A model generated the notes under the pieces. The model worked only from the letters and a program-made list of their open reading frames with translations, was not told where the DNA came from and did no database searches. A stretch of DNA of 61,086 nt, filler included, from Rhabdomonas costata (Eukaryota): assembly GCA_019059605.1 (NCBI GenBank). It is 18 parts of 18 records of this genome, joined end to end, with 100 filler letters (N's around TTAATTAATTAA, not from the genome) between each part and the next. Parts side by side here need not be neighbours in the genome. Positions count along the whole stretch, not along the records: positions 57,807 to 61,086 come from JAHMHO010001071.1; 17 more parts are not named here. One strand, written 5' to 3'. Positions 58,680 through 61,086 of this stretch are shown here, in pieces. Position 1 is the first letter of the stretch; each line of letters opens with the position of its first letter. The position numbers were made by a program, and so were the translations under genes.

Positions 58680-61022
58680 ATGGGATGTACGTCGTGCAAG
58701 AAGGTCCCTGCGGTGGAAGAGGAGGCCCGGTTCGTTGGCCCGGGCCCTACCATCACTCCAGCGCTAGCCGGCAGAGACACCCCCCCTGTTTGCACCCCCC
58801 GTACCTCCACGGTGCCTCTTCCCGGGCAAGTCCCCGTTGTTGAGCGAGTCATTCTGAACCCGTCACCCCGCTCCCCTCTCAAGCAAGTGAGTCCGGTCAA
58901 TGTACCCAGCCATCAGAAAAGCCAGAGCGTGTCTTCCCCAAAAGAGAATGTGAATGAGTCAGCACCTCTTCCTGAACCAAAACGGCCGGAGCTTCCTCTT
59001 CCTGAGGCGGAGCCGGAGCCTGTGCATGCTGAACCTCAAGAAGAGGTTCATCGTGCCCGCTCTGCTGAGGACGCTGCTGTCGAGTTGACCGAAAGGAACG
59101 ACAGTCCACCTGAGGCCGCAGGTTGCGATGAACGTGGGACAGTGCGCGCTCCGATTTTTCAAGCTATCGAAACAGGTGACGCTGAGGGGCTCCACGCTGT
59201 GCTTCTCCGTGAGCAGCCCTCCCCAGAGCAGCTCCAAAGCGAACCTTACGGGTCGATGATGTACTTTTCCGCACGTTCAGGACACGTCCATGTGATCTCA
59301 ACCGTATTCGCGTGGTGCGGGGAGGGTTGCTTGGATTGGGTCGAGCCTGTCACGGGCTGCCAGCCTCTTCACGTGGCCGCAGAAAGGGGCCATCACAGAG
59401 CTGTGGCATGGTTATTGGCCCACCATCGCCAACGAAGCTTTGATGTGTGGAAGCTGAGAAACACGCTTGGGGACAGTCCAGTCGACATTTGTGTGACCAA
59501 ATCTTCAAAACACCCTGAGTGCCTTCGTGTGATGGAGACCTTCGTCGAAGCTGAAGCTGCGATGGGAGACAAGAGCTCCCTTCGTAGCTCTGGCATCGCC
59601 TCATTCAAAGTAAATCCCCGTAACCTTGCTCATTCATTGTCAATCAGCACTTTATTCGGGGACCGTAACCTCGGCTTTAGCCGCGAGCTAACTTCTGTTG
59701 AGAAGCTTTGTGGTGGAGTTATGCAGGAAGGGTCGGTTTTCTTGGAAGGAGAAACGGCGTATACAGCCTGGCTGAAGCTTAGAGATCAGCTTGTTACAGA
59801 ACGGGGCTCATTCTGGGCTCGGCATCCAACTCCTGAGCAGGTTTCCTATCGCCTGAGAGAAGCATACGAGAGTGTCGATGACGAGAAGCTCTACGACGTG
59901 GCGTTGCAGTTATATACGGCCGAGTCCTTTTTGTATCGCTCCGTTAATGCCGTGTTGACCAACCGTCATGCTTCCTCAGATGCCCACATCGCACCGTTTG
60001 TTTGGCTGCTGCACACAGCGGTGCGGAACCTCACCGAGACCATGCCGCATGTCTCGGTCTGCTACCGAACCCTCAATCTGAGCGAAGAGCAGCAGGCAAA
60101 GTACGCTCCACACAAGGACCGTGGGTTGAGCCTGATTTCGATCGATACGTTCATGTCTTGCACGTTTTCTGCGGAGAAGGTATTTTCGCTGATGGAGGAG
60201 TTTTCAGGAAACACGGTCCTTGAGATCTCTTGCAGCAATCCCCATAATCCTCGATGCTGCGCTGCCAAGATCACGCACCTGTCGTTCTATCCCGAGGAAG
60301 AAGAGGTATTGTTCCCCATGGGCCAACAGTTTCGGCTGGTCCGACAGGATTGGATGACAGTTTTGCAGTTGCACAAGCGGTTGGGAGTCGGTGAGCTTTC
60401 CCACAAGATGGATTTAGATAAGCGAGTGTGTGTTGTGCAGATGGAGGCTGTGGATGAGTTCTGGAGCATCGCTGTGGACCTCTGTGTCGACGGGGGCAAC
60501 CTTGCGGAGGCGCAGCAAATTATTGAGAGTCGTGTTGATGCAGACCAGCGAGTTTTTGGAGAATGGCACCCGGATGTGGCACACGGATCAGCAACACTTG
60601 CTGGGGTGTATAGTTTGCAGGGCAAAATGGCAGAAGCCGAGAGGCTTTTTGAGAAGGCCTTGAGAATTAAGAGACGGTGTTTTGGCCACGACCATCTCGA
60701 GAGCGCGGCCGCCCTGGACATTCTGGCTGATTTCCTCGTTAAGGATGGGCGTGATGCAGAAGCCGAGCCCCTGCTTGTGGAATCGTTGAGGATTCGGAGA
60801 CTTCCTTCAAACAGTTCCAATGTTACTTCCGGTATGGGCGTGGCAACGTGCTTGCGAAGTCTTGCGGTTATTTATCGAAATTACGAGATGTACGCAGAGG
60901 CAGAGTCTTTGATACATGAAGCCATGACGATTCCACAAGCAGGGGTTCGGTTTCTGCATCACGACCATCTCGAGAGCGCGGCCGCCCTGGACATTCTGGC
61001 TGATTTCCTCGTTAAGTATGGG
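58680..61022 (+). CDS. Intronless ankyrin + ADP-ribosyltransferase (R-S-E, ARTC clade) + TPR protein with N-terminal MGC acylation motif; true C-terminus lost
   Basis: MGCTSCKK start; ANK repeats 59148-59500 (GCQPLHVAAERGH); ART 59900-60345 (LYTAESFLYRSVN, YR, FMSCT, SFYPEEEEVL..G..F); KLC-type TPRs from about 60500 (FGEWHPDVA...AERLFEKALRIKRR). Confidence 0.92.
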
Positions 61023-61086
61023 CGTGGCCAAAACACCGTCTCTTAATTCTCAAGGCCTTCTCAAAAAGCCTCTCGGCTTCTGCCAT
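60627..61086. repeat. Direct repeat 60687-60753 / 60960-61026 and terminal inverted copy (61023-61086 is the reverse complement of 60627-60690)
   Basis: 67-nt direct repeat with one mismatch; exact 64-nt inversion joined through CGTG microhomology at the contig end. Confidence 0.92.

Noticed and set aside
41296-61022. NMNAT and ART genes as a linked NAD-centred system
   Set aside because: They are on different contigs placed together only by length sorting

Overview
This is not one continuous locus. It is 18 unrelated contigs of about 3.28 kb (one 3.56 kb, with an internal N gap) joined by 100-bp N44-TTAATTAATTAA-N44 spacers, so gene neighbourhood across a spacer carries no information. The DNA comes from an intron-rich eukaryote. 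A euglenozoan (euglenid-like) source is inferred, not proven, from a presequence-bearing HslU, an amastin/claudin-like exon, recurrent GTGTGC donors and probable GC-AG introns. Splicing exons by hand recovers MMADHC/CblD (with two 1-nt frameshifts), ornithine decarboxylase, HslU, an NMNAT-like nucleotidyltransferase, TTC39, a histidine phosphatase, an OFCC1-like membrane protein, an F-box/LRR protein and an ankyrin pseudogene, plus LINE, SINE and MITE-like relics. Three things stand out. (1) Two genes fuse different N-terminal modules to 42-aa kinesin-light-chain-type TPR arrays: a putatively acylated ankyrin + R-S-E ADP-ribosyltransferase + TPR protein, and a pseudokinase + TPR protein. They may represent a receptor/effector (immunity-like) family. 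(2) A six-cysteine module is encoded one per exon in symmetric phase-1 exons on two contigs. (3) There is evidence of non-standard splicing: GC donors and a candidate non-conventional first intron in HslU. Fold-back hairpins and G/T-rich tails at contig ends look like library or assembly artefacts. All family assignments come from motif recognition by eye; no database search was run.
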